IMG/VR virus record: IMGVR_UViG_3300036817_000176
Location: 21,947-85,946 of that record
Reading direction: 5' to 3' (one strand)
From: a virus
Length of the DNA stretch: 64,000 nucleotides
Part shown: in pieces, positions 19,904-30,221 of the stretch
Layout: every line of letters starts with the position of its first letter
How positions within the stretch are numbered: the stretch's first letter is position 1
Translations under genes and position numbers: made by a program
Notes under the pieces: model-generated
Database searches by the model: none
What the model was told of the DNA's origin: nothing
What the model saw: only the letters and a program-made list of their open reading frames with translations

Positions 19904-20404
19904 ATGTCTGGACATACCAATACCAAGAGCAGCCTGGGGCTGCTGAAAACCAAGTTCAGGAAGAACCTCGATGCAGGCGAAAAGCTGTTAGGTGCCGAGT
20001 TCGAAATGAACATCGACGGCTACCCGGAGCTCTCCGTGCTGATTCGTGCGGCGCAGATGCCTGCTATGGGGCGCGCTGACGTGGAAGACTTCGGTCCAAT
20101 GGGGCTTAACTTCACCCAGCACGGCCCGCTCGAGAACAAGGGCGAGATTACCATCAACGCGGTGGAAACCATCAAGGGCCCGGTTGTGCGTGCGCTGCAG
20201 GACATTATCCGTGGCAAGAAGTACGTGGACATCACCATGAAACCGACCCCGGAATCCCTGGACGGCAAACCGGCTAAGGGCATGACCTGCCGTATGGAGC
20301 ACTGCAAACTGCGCAGCGATGCGATCGAGTTCAGTACCGAAGATGTGGGGTCCCTGGTGAAGCCGTCAATCACTGTGACCTACAACTGGTCTGAGTGGGA
20401 GTAA
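19904..20404 (+). CDS. bplB: BplB-like tail tube protein
   Basis: 166 aa, VEDFGPMG...QHGPLEN; synteny. Confidence 0.78.
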   Translation: MSGHTNTKSSLGLLKTKFRKNLDAGEKLLGAEFEMNIDGYPELSVLIRAAQMPAMGRADVEDFGPMGLNFTQHGPLENKGEITINAVETIKGPVVRALQDIIRGKKYVDITMKPTPESLDGKPAKGMTCRMEHCKLRSDAIEFSTEDVGSLVKPSITVTYNWSEWE

Positions 20405-20411
20405 ACATCCT

Positions 20412-20436
20412 AACCCCGTCTTAGGGCGGGGTTTTT
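20412..20436 (+). terminator. Intrinsic terminator
   Basis: AACCCCGTC-TTAG-GGCGGGGTT-TTT. Confidence 0.75.
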
Positions 20437-20471
20437 ACTGACCACCAGCACATAACCACGAGGTCCCTGCG

Positions 20472-21029
20472 ATGACAGCTACCGAACTACTCAATGCGGT
20501 AAAAAATCGTTTTTCGGTGCTGCTGGTAGGCGAAACCCAGCAACGCCAGTTACTCGTTGATGCCCTCGGCCAGTATCAGGATCTGGCTGGCGTCACCAAA
20601 ACCGTCAAGCTCACCGAGCTGAAGGCCTATACCACACCACCGGATTTTCTGGCCCCCGTTGTGGCCACCGATGACGCCGGTAATTACACCCCCATGGAAG
20701 TGACCACCGACGACGACGGCGCAACCATCGTCGAACCGGACGCCAGCGCCATTGTGCCGGTGCGCTTCACCTACCTCGTCAACCTGCGCGCCATTGACCT
20801 GGACAAGTACCAGATCCCACCGACCGCCGTCGGGATGATTCAGGACTATCTCGAGCTGCTGATCGCCATCCCGAACGATGATCGTGTTTCCAGCATCCAG
20901 GAGGCAGGCAAGCTCGATATCTCCCGCGTACCGGCACCAGCTGACCGGGAAACCCAGCTCGCCACCCTGCGCGAAGCCATGAAGTCCCAGCGGGCCATCA
21001 TGCCAATGATCACCATCCATCCGTACTGA
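20472..21029 (+). CDS. pmgC: PmgC-like neck/adaptor protein
   Basis: Synteny; 185 aa. Confidence 0.68.
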   Translation: MTATELLNAVKNRFSVLLVGETQQRQLLVDALGQYQDLAGVTKTVKLTELKAYTTPPDFLAPVVATDDAGNYTPMEVTTDDDGATIVEPDASAIVPVRFTYLVNLRAIDLDKYQIPPTAVGMIQDYLELLIAIPNDDRVSSIQEAGKLDISRVPAPADRETQLATLREAMKSQRAIMPMITIHPY

Positions 21030-21038
21030 GGAAGCGCT

Positions 21039-21527
21039 ATGGGCCTGTTAGACAGACAGCGACGGATCATCAAACAGCTGGTGGAGACGCCCTTCCAGCA
21101 GGGCTGGCAGTTCCGCGTTGAGTGCGATGGCCAGCCGTCGGACCTGGATATCTACGTGAAGGAAATTACCTACGGCGGCACCACCATCGAGTACGACACG
21201 AAGGTGATTGGCGCCCTCGCGTTTACGTCTCCGAACAACAAAACGCCGCCCATCATCACCCTGACCGTGCGTGACCATGAGGACGGCCGCGTGCTGGCGT
21301 TTTTCCAGAAGAAATGCGACGGCGTAATTAACAAGGATGGCACCGTCAACGTGCCCGCGAAGTACCTGTTCAAGCTGCGCCTGTTCCGGCTCATGAGCGA
21401 CGACAGTGAAAAGCTCGATACCGAATGGGAAGTTTCGCCCGCGTCCTGGGGCGAGATTCCCCGTGACCGTTCCGCGCCGGGCGAGTTCGTCAGCATTCCA
21501 ATGACATTCCAGACCTACCACTCCTGA
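21039..21527 (+). CDS. tub: Tub-like tail tube family protein
   Basis: QGWQFRVE...KEITYG...VINKDGTVNVPAKY. Confidence 0.75.
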   Translation: MGLLDRQRRIIKQLVETPFQQGWQFRVECDGQPSDLDIYVKEITYGGTTIEYDTKVIGALAFTSPNNKTPPIITLTVRDHEDGRVLAFFQKKCDGVINKDGTVNVPAKYLFKLRLFRLMSDDSEKLDTEWEVSPASWGEIPRDRSAPGEFVSIPMTFQTYHS

Positions 21528-21537
21528 GAGAGCACCC

Positions 21538-22377
21538 ATGATTTCAATACCTCCGTATCCGCTCCCCAGCGCCCCTGAGAAGAAGATCCACTTCCGGGCG
21601 CCTACCGTTGCCGATTGCATCGACTTTAGCGACCTGCGTCCTGAGCTCGAGGAGCAATCGACCACGGAATACCTGACCCAGCTGCAGGAAGGTGGCGAGG
21701 TCAGCAACCCTGCGCTATGGACCGCGCAGGACCGCCGCACCGCGTTGTGGTGGATTTTTGTGTCCAGCGCTGCTGACACCTCCCTGGCCTACTCGTACCC
21801 GTGCCAGCACTGCGGGGAAACCCATCACGTTGATATCGATCTGGTGGACCTGGACGACATGGCCACCGCACTGGACCGCCCGCCGTTCATGGAAGGCGAA
21901 GTGCGGGTAAACGGCGAGTTTAAAGCCGCCCGTTTCCATCCGCTGGACGGCCGCGCCGTGACGCACCTCGAGGAGCTGCGCATGGAGCTCGAGAACAGCG
22001 AACCGGCACGTCACAAACGCCTGAAGACGGAAATGAAAGTCGCCGAGATCCTTCATTCGTTCACGTTGCTGGAGTGGGCCGATCTGCCCTGGGAGGAAGC
22101 GCTGGCCAAAAAGCGCGAGCTCGTCACCGCTATGGACCGGGAAAGCGAATACAAGCCGCTGGTGGCGCAATGCCTTATTGCGGCCGCCGAGCTGCGTCAC
22201 GGGCTTGCGGTAGAGATTAACGAGGGCCGGGTCGATCTCGTATCACCGGCGCTCCCGTGCGAAACCTTCCTGGCAAAACAGAAGGAACAGAGCGAAGAGG
22301 AGGCAGCGGGCGAGCCGGTACCGGCGACTGTCCTGCTGCTGCGATTTCGGGCTGGCCAATTCATTCCAGCAATTTAG
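21538..22377 (+). CDS. pmgB: PmgB-like baseplate hub/tail assembly chaperone
   Basis: WTAQDRRTALWWIF and CQHCG motifs; precedes the tape measure gene. Confidence 0.8.
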   Translation: MISIPPYPLPSAPEKKIHFRAPTVADCIDFSDLRPELEEQSTTEYLTQLQEGGEVSNPALWTAQDRRTALWWIFVSSAADTSLAYSYPCQHCGETHHVDIDLVDLDDMATALDRPPFMEGEVRVNGEFKAARFHPLDGRAVTHLEELRMELENSEPARHKRLKTEMKVAEILHSFTLLEWADLPWEEALAKKRELVTAMDRESEYKPLVAQCLIAAAELRHGLAVEINEGRVDLVSPALPCETFLAKQKEQSEEEAAGEPVPATVLLLRFRAGQFIPAI

Positions 22378-22390
22378 CCTGGCCGACTGG

Positions 22391-22531
22391 ATGACCATCA
22401 TCAAGAACCTGACGGTCTACGGTGGCCAGCCGGTTGATAGCGTCATGAGCTCCAGCGCCCGCCTGATTTCCACCATCAATGACGGGCTGGTGGAGCGATT
22501 CAAACCGAAGAAACGGAGCAACTATGCGTGA
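22391..22531 (+). CDS. Small ORF between pmgB and sit (46 aa, or a frameshift extension of pmgB)
   Basis: MTIIKNLTVYGGQPVDSVM...; not in the ORF track; fills the gap. Confidence 0.6.
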   Translation: MTIIKNLTVYGGQPVDSVMSSSARLISTINDGLVERFKPKKRSNYA

Positions 22532-25500
22532 CGATACCCAGGACGAGAAGCGCACCGTACTGGCCGAGGCGGTAGAGGCCACCCCGGCTGTTGCGAGCGC
22601 GGCCGGGCGGCAGAACATCGGGGGGATGCCTAACGTCCCGGGCGTGGAGGAGTTTACCAGCGTCAGCGTCATTGAAGAGCTGGCTCACCTGACCGAAACG
22701 GTGGAGCGCCAGGGCACCGATCAGCAACGGATTCTGGTCGATATTTTCCGCCAGTTAAGGGATGGTGCTGGCCCTGACAATGCAGACCTGAAAAACCCAC
22801 AAAAGGGAAAACAAGGGAAATTAAGCACTGAACAACCAACACCTATTAGTGAAATAGAGACTAAAACGGATATTTATGGTTCCGAAAAGGGAAAAACGGA
22901 ACCGAAAAGGACCGACAACCGACGCCCCAAATTATCCGAATCGACACCTGAAAGGAAAATAACGGTAAATAAAGTTATTTCAGGAACCGAAAAGGGAAAA
23001 TCAGCACCAAAAAAGGAAAGAAGAGAAACACCTGTAGAGGAGCCAGTAACGGCCCCGACAGCACGCAAGACAGCCAGTGAGGCACGCGCGCGCCGCACGG
23101 TAACCCTCGGCGACACACCACCAGCACCAACCGTAGCCGAGCCAGTGACCGCTGTAAGTGACGCAGCTGCAGTGACCGATGTCGTCAGCCAACCGGCCGA
23201 ACCGACAACACCGGTACCGCCGACACCGGCGCGCACCAGTGCAGACTCACCGCCTGAAAACAGCTCCCGCGCCGACGGCTTTTATCTGGGCGATGACGGA
23301 CGGGTTCGCCGACCGGATGGCCGCTTTGCTAACCGGGTGGAGGTCCGACGCTTTAACCGGGATACCGGCAGCAGCAGCGGCGAGGGAGACAATGCTGCAG
23401 GTGATTCATCACTGCTGAAAAAAGCGGTCGGGATGCTCGGCGGCAAGGGTAGCCATAGCCTCGCCGAAACGGACGCCGCTGATACCGCTGGCGTGGCTGC
23501 AGGTAGCTCTTTCTGGATGGCCGCCAAAGAAGTTAAGGGCATGGCCGATGAGGTCAAGGATGCGCTGAACGAGCGCGAGATCACCAGCGCCAAAGGGGCC
23601 AAAGCCTACGCCAAAGACAAGGCGCAGAAACTCTGGGGCGTGATTAAGAAGCCGTTTGGCACCGCGGCCGACAGTGAGACGGCCACACCGCCACCGGCGA
23701 CAACCGTGGCCAACCCTGACCCCGGGCCGGGACCGGTGAATGATGTCGGGATCGGGGAGCGTAAGAATCAGGAGCAAACCGAGAACGCGCGCGCGGATGC
23801 GATCCGCCGCAAGGAGCAAGCCCAGACCCAGGAGCAGCACACGGAGGTCCTGGATCGTCTGGATGCCCTGATTGATGCGTCCAAAAACCGGCAGCGCGGG
23901 CTGGCCGGTGAAAAGCTCAAGAGCTGGTTAGATGGCCGGGGCGACAAAGAGGGGCGCAGGGGGCGGAAGGGTCGTAAGGGACGGGGTAAGGGACCGTTCA
24001 GCCGTAGCGCCGGTGCAGACCCGGACGCGCGCAGGCGGGGCCGCCAGACAGGCGCGGATCGCACGCGTACCACTCGCCCGGGTATCGAGCGCACCACCAG
24101 CGCGGGTGACCTGCCCGATCTGTCGTCTTCCCGTCGTGAGCCGGGCCGAACCGGCCGCCAGGGTAGCGCGCCCGATCGCCCGTCAGCACGCCGTGAACCG
24201 GTTCGCGCCGGTCGCCGCGGACGAATGCCGCGCCTCGGTGCCGTCACTGAAGGTCTGAGCACCGTAACCAGCCGGGGAACCGAAACCCTCGCAAGGGCGG
24301 CGAAGACCGGACCCATTGCGCGCGTGGCAGCAGCTATGCCGCGCGTGGGTGCTCCGCTGGCATCCGTGGCCAGCATGAGCGGCGTCACCGGCGGTGTACT
24401 GAATACCGCCGTCAATACCGCCACCACGGCCGGGAAAGGAGCTGCTGCAGTCGGTAAGGGCGTGCTCTCTGCAGGCAAAGGGGCGCTCGAGGTGGGCGGA
24501 CGTGGCGCACTGGCGATGGGTGGCCGTGCCATTCCGCTGATCGGTGCGGCAATGACCGCCTATGACGCTTACACCGGCTTTAACGACGAGGAAGCGCAGC
24601 GCCGCACGTTTGGCATCAAGGATGACACCGCTCCGACGACCGGTCAGAAGACGGCTATGGCGGCCGGGCAGGTGCTCGATATGGGTGGGCTTACCTCGGG
24701 GCTGTCCGGCCTGCTGGCGAGCGGCGCGGGGGCGCTGGGCATGACGAACCTGGAGAAGTCCCTGACGTTCGACTCTGACGACATCGCCCGCAAGGTATAC
24801 GACGCCTTCAGCAACGACAAATCCATGGCCCGTATGGGCGTGAAAGAAGGGGATTCAGGCACGGCACTGCAGAAGATCACTTCTGGCGTGGCAACGGCGG
24901 CAAACCTGGGCGGCATCGTCTCGGGAACGGCCAGCCTGCTGGGCGGGATAGCGGAGGATCTGGGCTTTGACGGGGCTAAAAAGGCGCTGACCTTCGACAC
25001 CGGCGATCTGGCGGAGTCGCTTTATGACTTCTTCGGCCCGCTGCTGGGGGACAAAAACACCGGCCAGAACGGTCCGGTAACCATCAACATGAGTACCGCG
25101 CGTTATGAAACTGCAAGCGCGCGCCAGAGCATAACGGAGGCAGATGTGAAACAGGCAGGCAAGCAGTATGACTTCAGCGAAGTGGAGCAGGCTAACGGCT
25201 TACCTCCAGGCTTTATGAACGCCATGGCCGCTGTGGAAAGTGGCGGTAATCCGCTGGCGTACAACGCGTCCGGCGCTGCTGGGATGTTCCAGCTGATGCC
25301 CAAAACCGCAGCGTCGCTGGGCGTAACCGACCCGTATGACGTGAAACAGTCAGCGAACGCGGCGGCCAAGCTCGCCACGGACAACGCCCGCTATTTCACC
25401 AAACAGACGGGACGCGTGCCGGAAGGCCGCGAGCTGTATCTACTCCACCAGCAGGGGATGGGTGGCGGTACCGCGCTGGCGCAGAATCCGACCATGAGCG

Positions 25501-26093
25501 CCGTCGATGCACTGACCAAAGGCGGGCAGAAAAACCCCGCGAAGGCCATTTTGCAGAACGGCGGGACCCTCAACATGACCGCCCAGCAGTTCGCCGACAT
25601 GATCATGGCCAAGTACGACAAGAATTTCACCGCCCAGAGCATGGCCCGCGAGCAGGGCGCCAAGCCGGTACCGCTGGAGAAGGCCACCGAGACGGCCGTA
25701 AGCAAGTCGGTTGAAGACGCCCCGAACATGCTGCTGCGCAAGCCTGCCGCTGACGTGGCATCTACGGGTGCTGCAGCGGCACCTGCAGCCGTGCCACCGG
25801 CCGTCGCCGTGCCGCTCAAGGATGCGACAGCTGCAGGGGTGACGGACATTCAGAAAGAGGAGGCACGGGCCGAACAGCTCAACCCGGGCGCCACCGAACT
25901 GACCGCCAAAATGGATCCTCGTATGACTGACGTGATGGTGAAGCTGGACCGGACCCTGAACGGCATGAAGCCAGCGCAGAGCAACACCACCAACACCACA
26001 AACAACACCACCAATACCACCAACAACTATCACGGGCAGTCGCGCAGCGTGGGTGATCACGACTCTGTGAGCTGGCCGGGTGGCGGGAAATAA
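22524..26093 (+). CDS. sit: Tape measure protein with lytic transglycosylase (SLT) domain
   Basis: AVESGGNP...GAAGMFQLMPKTA; GGAG RBS before ATG 22524. Confidence 0.9.
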   Translation: MRDDTQDEKRTVLAEAVEATPAVASAAGRQNIGGMPNVPGVEEFTSVSVIEELAHLTETVERQGTDQQRILVDIFRQLRDGAGPDNADLKNPQKGKQGKLSTEQPTPISEIETKTDIYGSEKGKTEPKRTDNRRPKLSESTPERKITVNKVISGTEKGKSAPKKERRETPVEEPVTAPTARKTASEARARRTVTLGDTPPAPTVAEPVTAVSDAAAVTDVVSQPAEPTTPVPPTPARTSADSPPENSSRADGFYLGDDGRVRRPDGRFANRVEVRRFNRDTGSSSGEGDNAAGDSSLLKKAVGMLGGKGSHSLAETDAADTAGVAAGSSFWMAAKEVKGMADEVKDALNEREITSAKGAKAYAKDKAQKLWGVIKKPFGTAADSETATPPPATTVANPDPGPGPVNDVGIGERKNQEQTENARADAIRRKEQAQTQEQHTEVLDRLDALIDASKNRQRGLAGEKLKSWLDGRGDKEGRRGRKGRKGRGKGPFSRSAGADPDARRRGRQTGADRTRTTRPGIERTTSAGDLPDLSSSRREPGRTGRQGSAPDRPSARREPVRAGRRGRMPRLGAVTEGLSTVTSRGTETLARAAKTGPIARVAAAMPRVGAPLASVASMSGVTGGVLNTAVNTATTAGKGAAAVGKGVLSAGKGALEVGGRGALAMGGRAIPLIGAAMTAYDAYTGFNDEEAQRRTFGIKDDTAPTTGQKTAMAAGQVLDMGGLTSGLSGLLASGAGALGMTNLEKSLTFDSDDIARKVYDAFSNDKSMARMGVKEGDSGTALQKITSGVATAANLGGIVSGTASLLGGIAEDLGFDGAKKALTFDTGDLAESLYDFFGPLLGDKNTGQNGPVTINMSTARYETASARQSITEADVKQAGKQYDFSEVEQANGLPPGFMNAMAAVESGGNPLAYNASGAAGMFQLMPKTAASLGVTDPYDVKQSANAAAKLATDNARYFTKQTGRVPEGRELYLLHQQGMGGGTALAQNPTMSAVDALTKGGQKNPAKAILQNGGTLNMTAQQFADMIMAKYDKNFTAQSMAREQGAKPVPLEKATETAVSKSVEDAPNMLLRKPAADVASTGAAAAPAAVPPAVAVPLKDATAAGVTDIQKEEARAEQLNPGATELTAKMDPRMTDVMVKLDRTLNGMKPAQSNTTNTTNNTTNTTNNYHGQSRSVGDHDSVSWPGGGK

Positions 26094-26103
26094 GGGGTGA
26101 CGC

Positions 26104-26451
26104 ATGGCTTTTGAGGTCGATTACCTGATGAGGCTGGATGAGTCCGGCGTCATCACCTGCAGCGGTGACGATGCCGTGGCCAACGATGTCGGGGAGTGGC
26201 TGGATACCCCGCGCGGACACATCTACGGGCGTCCGGAGTGGGGAAACCTGCTGGCGCTGTTTAAGCACCAGCCGCCGAATGAAGACACGTCGGTTGCGCT
26301 GGAAAACTCCATTTTGCTGGGGATGCAAACCGATCTGACGCACCTGCTGGTATCCGGTATTCGCTGCATACCGGACAGCAGCGAACCGGACCTTTACCGG
26401 GTGCAGATCATGACGCAGGAAGGCTATGTGGATGCGGTTTATCGTGTTTAA
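26104..26451 (+). CDS. pmgA: PmgA, gp25/gpW-like baseplate wedge protein
   Basis: EWLDTPRGHIYGRPEWGN. Confidence 0.8.
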   Translation: MAFEVDYLMRLDESGVITCSGDDAVANDVGEWLDTPRGHIYGRPEWGNLLALFKHQPPNEDTSVALENSILLGMQTDLTHLLVSGIRCIPDSSEPDLYRVQIMTQEGYVDAVYRV

Positions 26452-26461
26452 GGAGTAGGGA

Positions 26462-27898
26462 ATGAGCACTAACGAATTTGAGAAAGCTATAGAAACCGCA
26501 CTGTCGCAGAAAACATGGTGGTCCCGCCTGATGGGGTCCCAGTTCGCCGCCGGTATCGCAACGTTTGTCGGGCAGATGGTGGAGCGGTGCGATTTTCTCG
26601 CCCGCCGCCTGCTACAGGAAGCGTTTATGTCCACCGCTACCAAGCGCGCCTCCATTCTTGCTGCAGCGGAGGATCGGGGCTACGTGGGGCGCATGATCAC
26701 CCCGTCCATCGGCAAGGTGAAGGTAACTAACAAGCTGACCTCACCAATCAACCTGCCGTATGGCACGCCAATCAACGCGCCGAACCGGTTGCCGTATGTG
26801 CTGTATGAAGCGGTGAAGCTCGATCCGGGCGAATCGCAGGTTGTGTCCGCCGCCCAGCTCGAGGAGAAGGTGCTCACCACCAGCATTACCGCGGAACAGA
26901 AGTGGCTGGAGCTGCTACTGAGCAAGGAGATCAGCCAGGCGGCCTCGAAAGTGGATGTTTATGTCACCGAACCCAAACGACCGGCGGAGCAGTGGGAGAA
27001 ACGTTACCAGTTCCGCCGTGCGGACGGCGAGGCCCGCGTCTATACCGAGTTCTACAAGCCCACCGAACAGCTCGGTGTGCGCTTCGGTAACGGGCTATCC
27101 GGCAAGATCCCACCGGTGGGCTCGGTGATCACCCTCAACGTGTGGTGTACGAAAGGCGATTCAACCCTGATTGAAGGCCAGAAGATGTCGCTCAACAGCG
27201 TGAATGACGCGCTGGTGGCCGGTGTGGAGATCGTCTCTGCCACCTCGATAGTTGGCGGTGCCGCGGGTGAATCCACGGAAGAGGTGCGTAAAGGGGCGCT
27301 GTATGCGACCGCCTACGACGAGCAGATCGTATGGGATAACGATTACCGGCACTTCATTACCACGCATATCCCCGATCTTATCTGGCTAAACGTGTGGGGC
27401 GAAACCGCGCAGGAAAAAGAGACGGGTTATGATCTCGATAACCTCAACCGAATCTTCTTCTCGGCTTACTCCGCCAAGAAAGACCAGGCCACGCTCGAGG
27501 CGGAGATCCTGGCGCTGTTCGAGTCCAACCACGAACTGAACCGCCGTTACCGTTATGTGCCGGTACAGCGCCGTCCATTCACCATTACGCTGAATGGCAT
27601 CATGAGCGGGCGCCAGCAGGCCGACGTGGTGCGCCAGTCGATGATTGATACCCTGACCAAAGCGTTTGGGGAAGATGCGATCGCCAACAAGAACAACTCA
27701 ACCAGCACCAGGCAGAGCGGGAGCAGCAGCAACGACACCACAATCTACGAAAAGGATATCTGGGGCGTGCTGCGTGAACTGGATAACGTTATTGAGTTCA
27801 CGCTCTCCGTGGACAACCAGTCCCGCAACGCGCTGCTGAATGAATACGTGTTCCTGGACGCGGCGAACAGCACTTACAACCTGGAGTACAAGCTGTGA
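26462..27898 (+). CDS. bplA: Baseplate wedge protein BplA
   Basis: 478 aa; EAFMSTATKRASIL and VRFGNG..GKIPP motifs. Confidence 0.85.
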   Translation: MSTNEFEKAIETALSQKTWWSRLMGSQFAAGIATFVGQMVERCDFLARRLLQEAFMSTATKRASILAAAEDRGYVGRMITPSIGKVKVTNKLTSPINLPYGTPINAPNRLPYVLYEAVKLDPGESQVVSAAQLEEKVLTTSITAEQKWLELLLSKEISQAASKVDVYVTEPKRPAEQWEKRYQFRRADGEARVYTEFYKPTEQLGVRFGNGLSGKIPPVGSVITLNVWCTKGDSTLIEGQKMSLNSVNDALVAGVEIVSATSIVGGAAGESTEEVRKGALYATAYDEQIVWDNDYRHFITTHIPDLIWLNVWGETAQEKETGYDLDNLNRIFFSAYSAKKDQATLEAEILALFESNHELNRRYRYVPVQRRPFTITLNGIMSGRQQADVVRQSMIDTLTKAFGEDAIANKNNSTSTRQSGSSSNDTTIYEKDIWGVLRELDNVIEFTLSVDNQSRNALLNEYVFLDAANSTYNLEYKL

Positions 27899-28755
27899 AA
27901 ACAGACTGGCTAAAACAACGGCTGACAGCAGCCAAGCAGGCTTCGCCCATGTGGGCGGAGCTGGCAGAAGCCATACAGGAAGTCTTTGAGGGGCAGATAG
28001 AGCCGCTGCTGGACCGCCTGAAGGGGCTTACCAGCGCCTACACCATGGACAGTGACGACCTGCTGCAGCGTATTAACGAGCTCGGGGAGTTCTTCATTCT
28101 GTCGGACCGCGTGGACAAAGCAGACTGGCCGCTGGCGCTTATGCAGCGCCACGACGAGATCCACATGAAGAAAACCGACTATCCGCTGCTGAACACCATC
28201 AGCCGCGAATTTAGCGGGATGAAGGCGACGTGGGAACCGCTGTATGCGCCCAAAGACCAGGTGAATTACCCCTACGGAAGCCGGTTCGTCATCAAAAGCC
28301 AGCTCGAGTATGAAACCATCCCGGAGAAGGATTGGTTCATGACCTCGAGGGGCGTGATCCGCCTGCCGATCACCTCCCTGCATAACTTCGGGGATGCGCT
28401 GAGCATTGACGAACGCGCCGCTGCGTTTGAGGAGGTCATGACCCGCTTTATCGAGCCGCTGATCCCGCTGCATATCGTGTTTGAAGGTCCGCAGTATTAC
28501 ATGATCTACACCGTGCGCGAGCTGGAGGAGATTTTTGCGCTGCTGCTGGCCGAGTGTGGCCAGACGTTCCCACCAGCACTGGAATCGAACATGCTCAAAC
28601 GCCCGGAAGAGCTGGCCACCGCGCCGGACGGTATCACGCAAACCATGCCGGTGATGAACAACGGCGTGGCGTATGCGTACAGCTACCGGGCGCGTATGGA
28701 TGCCTCCCCACTGGACGCATGGACGCTGGATCGGCAATTCCCAGGCGCGCCATAA
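27895..28755 (+). CDS. P1 gp16-like baseplate protein
   Basis: WEPLYAP and PLIPLHIVF motifs; synteny. Confidence 0.78.
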   Translation: MKTDWLKQRLTAAKQASPMWAELAEAIQEVFEGQIEPLLDRLKGLTSAYTMDSDDLLQRINELGEFFILSDRVDKADWPLALMQRHDEIHMKKTDYPLLNTISREFSGMKATWEPLYAPKDQVNYPYGSRFVIKSQLEYETIPEKDWFMTSRGVIRLPITSLHNFGDALSIDERAAAFEEVMTRFIEPLIPLHIVFEGPQYYMIYTVRELEEIFALLLAECGQTFPPALESNMLKRPEELATAPDGITQTMPVMNNGVAYAYSYRARMDASPLDAWTLDRQFPGAP

Positions 28756-28815
28756 CGATGTGTTAGCATACCTGCGCCCCCTTTCCCGGCTTCAGCCTCT
28801 CGCCCAGAGGCTGCT

Positions 28816-29232
28816 ATGGCACAAACTGTCACACTCTATGAAGCAAAGCTCCTCTATCGCTATTTCGATAGACGCGCGAAGGCCAGTATTGGCCTGAATA
28901 CCTTCCGGCTCGGGAAAGCCGTATGGGGGAAGGGGAACACTACCTTAGTCAACGGGGCCCCGTCGGTCACCACGATCCCATCAAACCTCGCCACCGTGGA
29001 CGGGGTATTCCTGACCAACCAACCCATTTACAGCTATGCCAACGGGCGGATCACCGTTCGCGCTACCCTGCAGCCCGGGGACATTCCCGCTGGCCAACAG
29101 TTTGAGTTCACCACGCTCGGCATTCTGGATGATGAAAACGGGCTGGTGGCCGTGCTGGTATCCACACCGATGTGGCTTCATGACAAGCGCTCGCTGGTCA
29201 TCGAGGGCTATATCGACACCAACATCGCGTAA
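28816..29232 (+). CDS. Tail fibre attachment protein (P1 gpR-like)
   Basis: 138 aa; synteny. Confidence 0.75.
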   Translation: MAQTVTLYEAKLLYRYFDRRAKASIGLNTFRLGKAVWGKGNTTLVNGAPSVTTIPSNLATVDGVFLTNQPIYSYANGRITVRATLQPGDIPAGQQFEFTTLGILDDENGLVAVLVSTPMWLHDKRSLVIEGYIDTNIA

Positions 29233-29243
29233 GGGGAGGGGCT

Positions 29244-30221
29244 ATGTCTGAGCATGAGATAGTTCTACTCCCGCCGACAGATATCGATTATGCCGCGCTG
29301 CCGCTGCTGGCTGATGTGCAGTTTCTGGAGCCGTTCGCCGCCGATGCGCTGAACCGTAAATTCCATGGGATTGTTCCGCCGGGGATCTACCGCGGCTATC
29401 AGTACAGCCTGCCCGGACAGATGCAACTGACGATCGGCAAGGACATGACCGGTGTGGCCGTGGTGGAGCTGGGGAACTGGAGCCTGAACGTTCACCAGGT
29501 GGCGCCGGTTACCCTGACCGTACCTGCAGGCTTTAAGGGCTACGTCATCCTCGATGCCATCTATGGCGTCGGCATTGTCACCAAACAGGTCAGCTCGAGC
29601 AGCCAGATTGACGCCGCAACGATCAAGCTGGTGGCCACGGCCGACCTGAAGCCGCAACACGTCATCCTGTACACCCTGGATGTGCCAGCCAGCGCCACCA
29701 GTATGCAGCATAGCTATATCAGCTCGGCTGACCGCATGGCTATGTCTCTGGCGCGCAGCTCGCGCGTGGACGGCGGTTACTTCGTTAACAGCCCCGAAGG
29801 GACCATGACGGTGCAGATCCGCCGCGGACCTGACGCCGAGCGCCGCACGTTCCCGGGTCTGGACGGTGAACCTTTCTGGACACTCGATACCCACCGGTTC
29901 GCCATCGGCATCGAGGGCGAACCGGGCGGCCTGCTGCTACCGGCGTCAAAGGTCGTCGAAGCGGCGGCCGTGACCGCTACCCCGCAGGGGGCGTACCAGT
30001 TCACCAAAGCGGGCACGTTGACCCTCCCGGCAGTCGCGCGCACCGGCGAGCACGTCCGGGTAAGCGTGACGGCTGCAGCCGTGGCGGCGGCGCTGGACTG
30101 TCAGGTTGTCGTTTCTGACGGTTCAGCCATTGCTACACGGGGCGGTGATGCTCTGGCTGTCAGCATGGACGTGACTCAGGAATTTGTGTTTATCAAAACC
30201 ACCACCGGCTGGAGGTGCTAA
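29244..30221 (+). CDS. Proximal tail fibre, homologous to the N-terminal anchor of P1 gpS
   Basis: LLADVQFLEPF..ALNRKFHGIVPPGIYRGY resembles the recalled gpS N-terminus. Confidence 0.78.
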   Translation: MSEHEIVLLPPTDIDYAALPLLADVQFLEPFAADALNRKFHGIVPPGIYRGYQYSLPGQMQLTIGKDMTGVAVVELGNWSLNVHQVAPVTLTVPAGFKGYVILDAIYGVGIVTKQVSSSSQIDAATIKLVATADLKPQHVILYTLDVPASATSMQHSYISSADRMAMSLARSSRVDGGYFVNSPEGTMTVQIRRGPDAERRTFPGLDGEPFWTLDTHRFAIGIEGEPGGLLLPASKVVEAAAVTATPQGAYQFTKAGTLTLPAVARTGEHVRVSVTAAAVAAALDCQVVVSDGSAIATRGGDALAVSMDVTQEFVFIKTTTGWRC

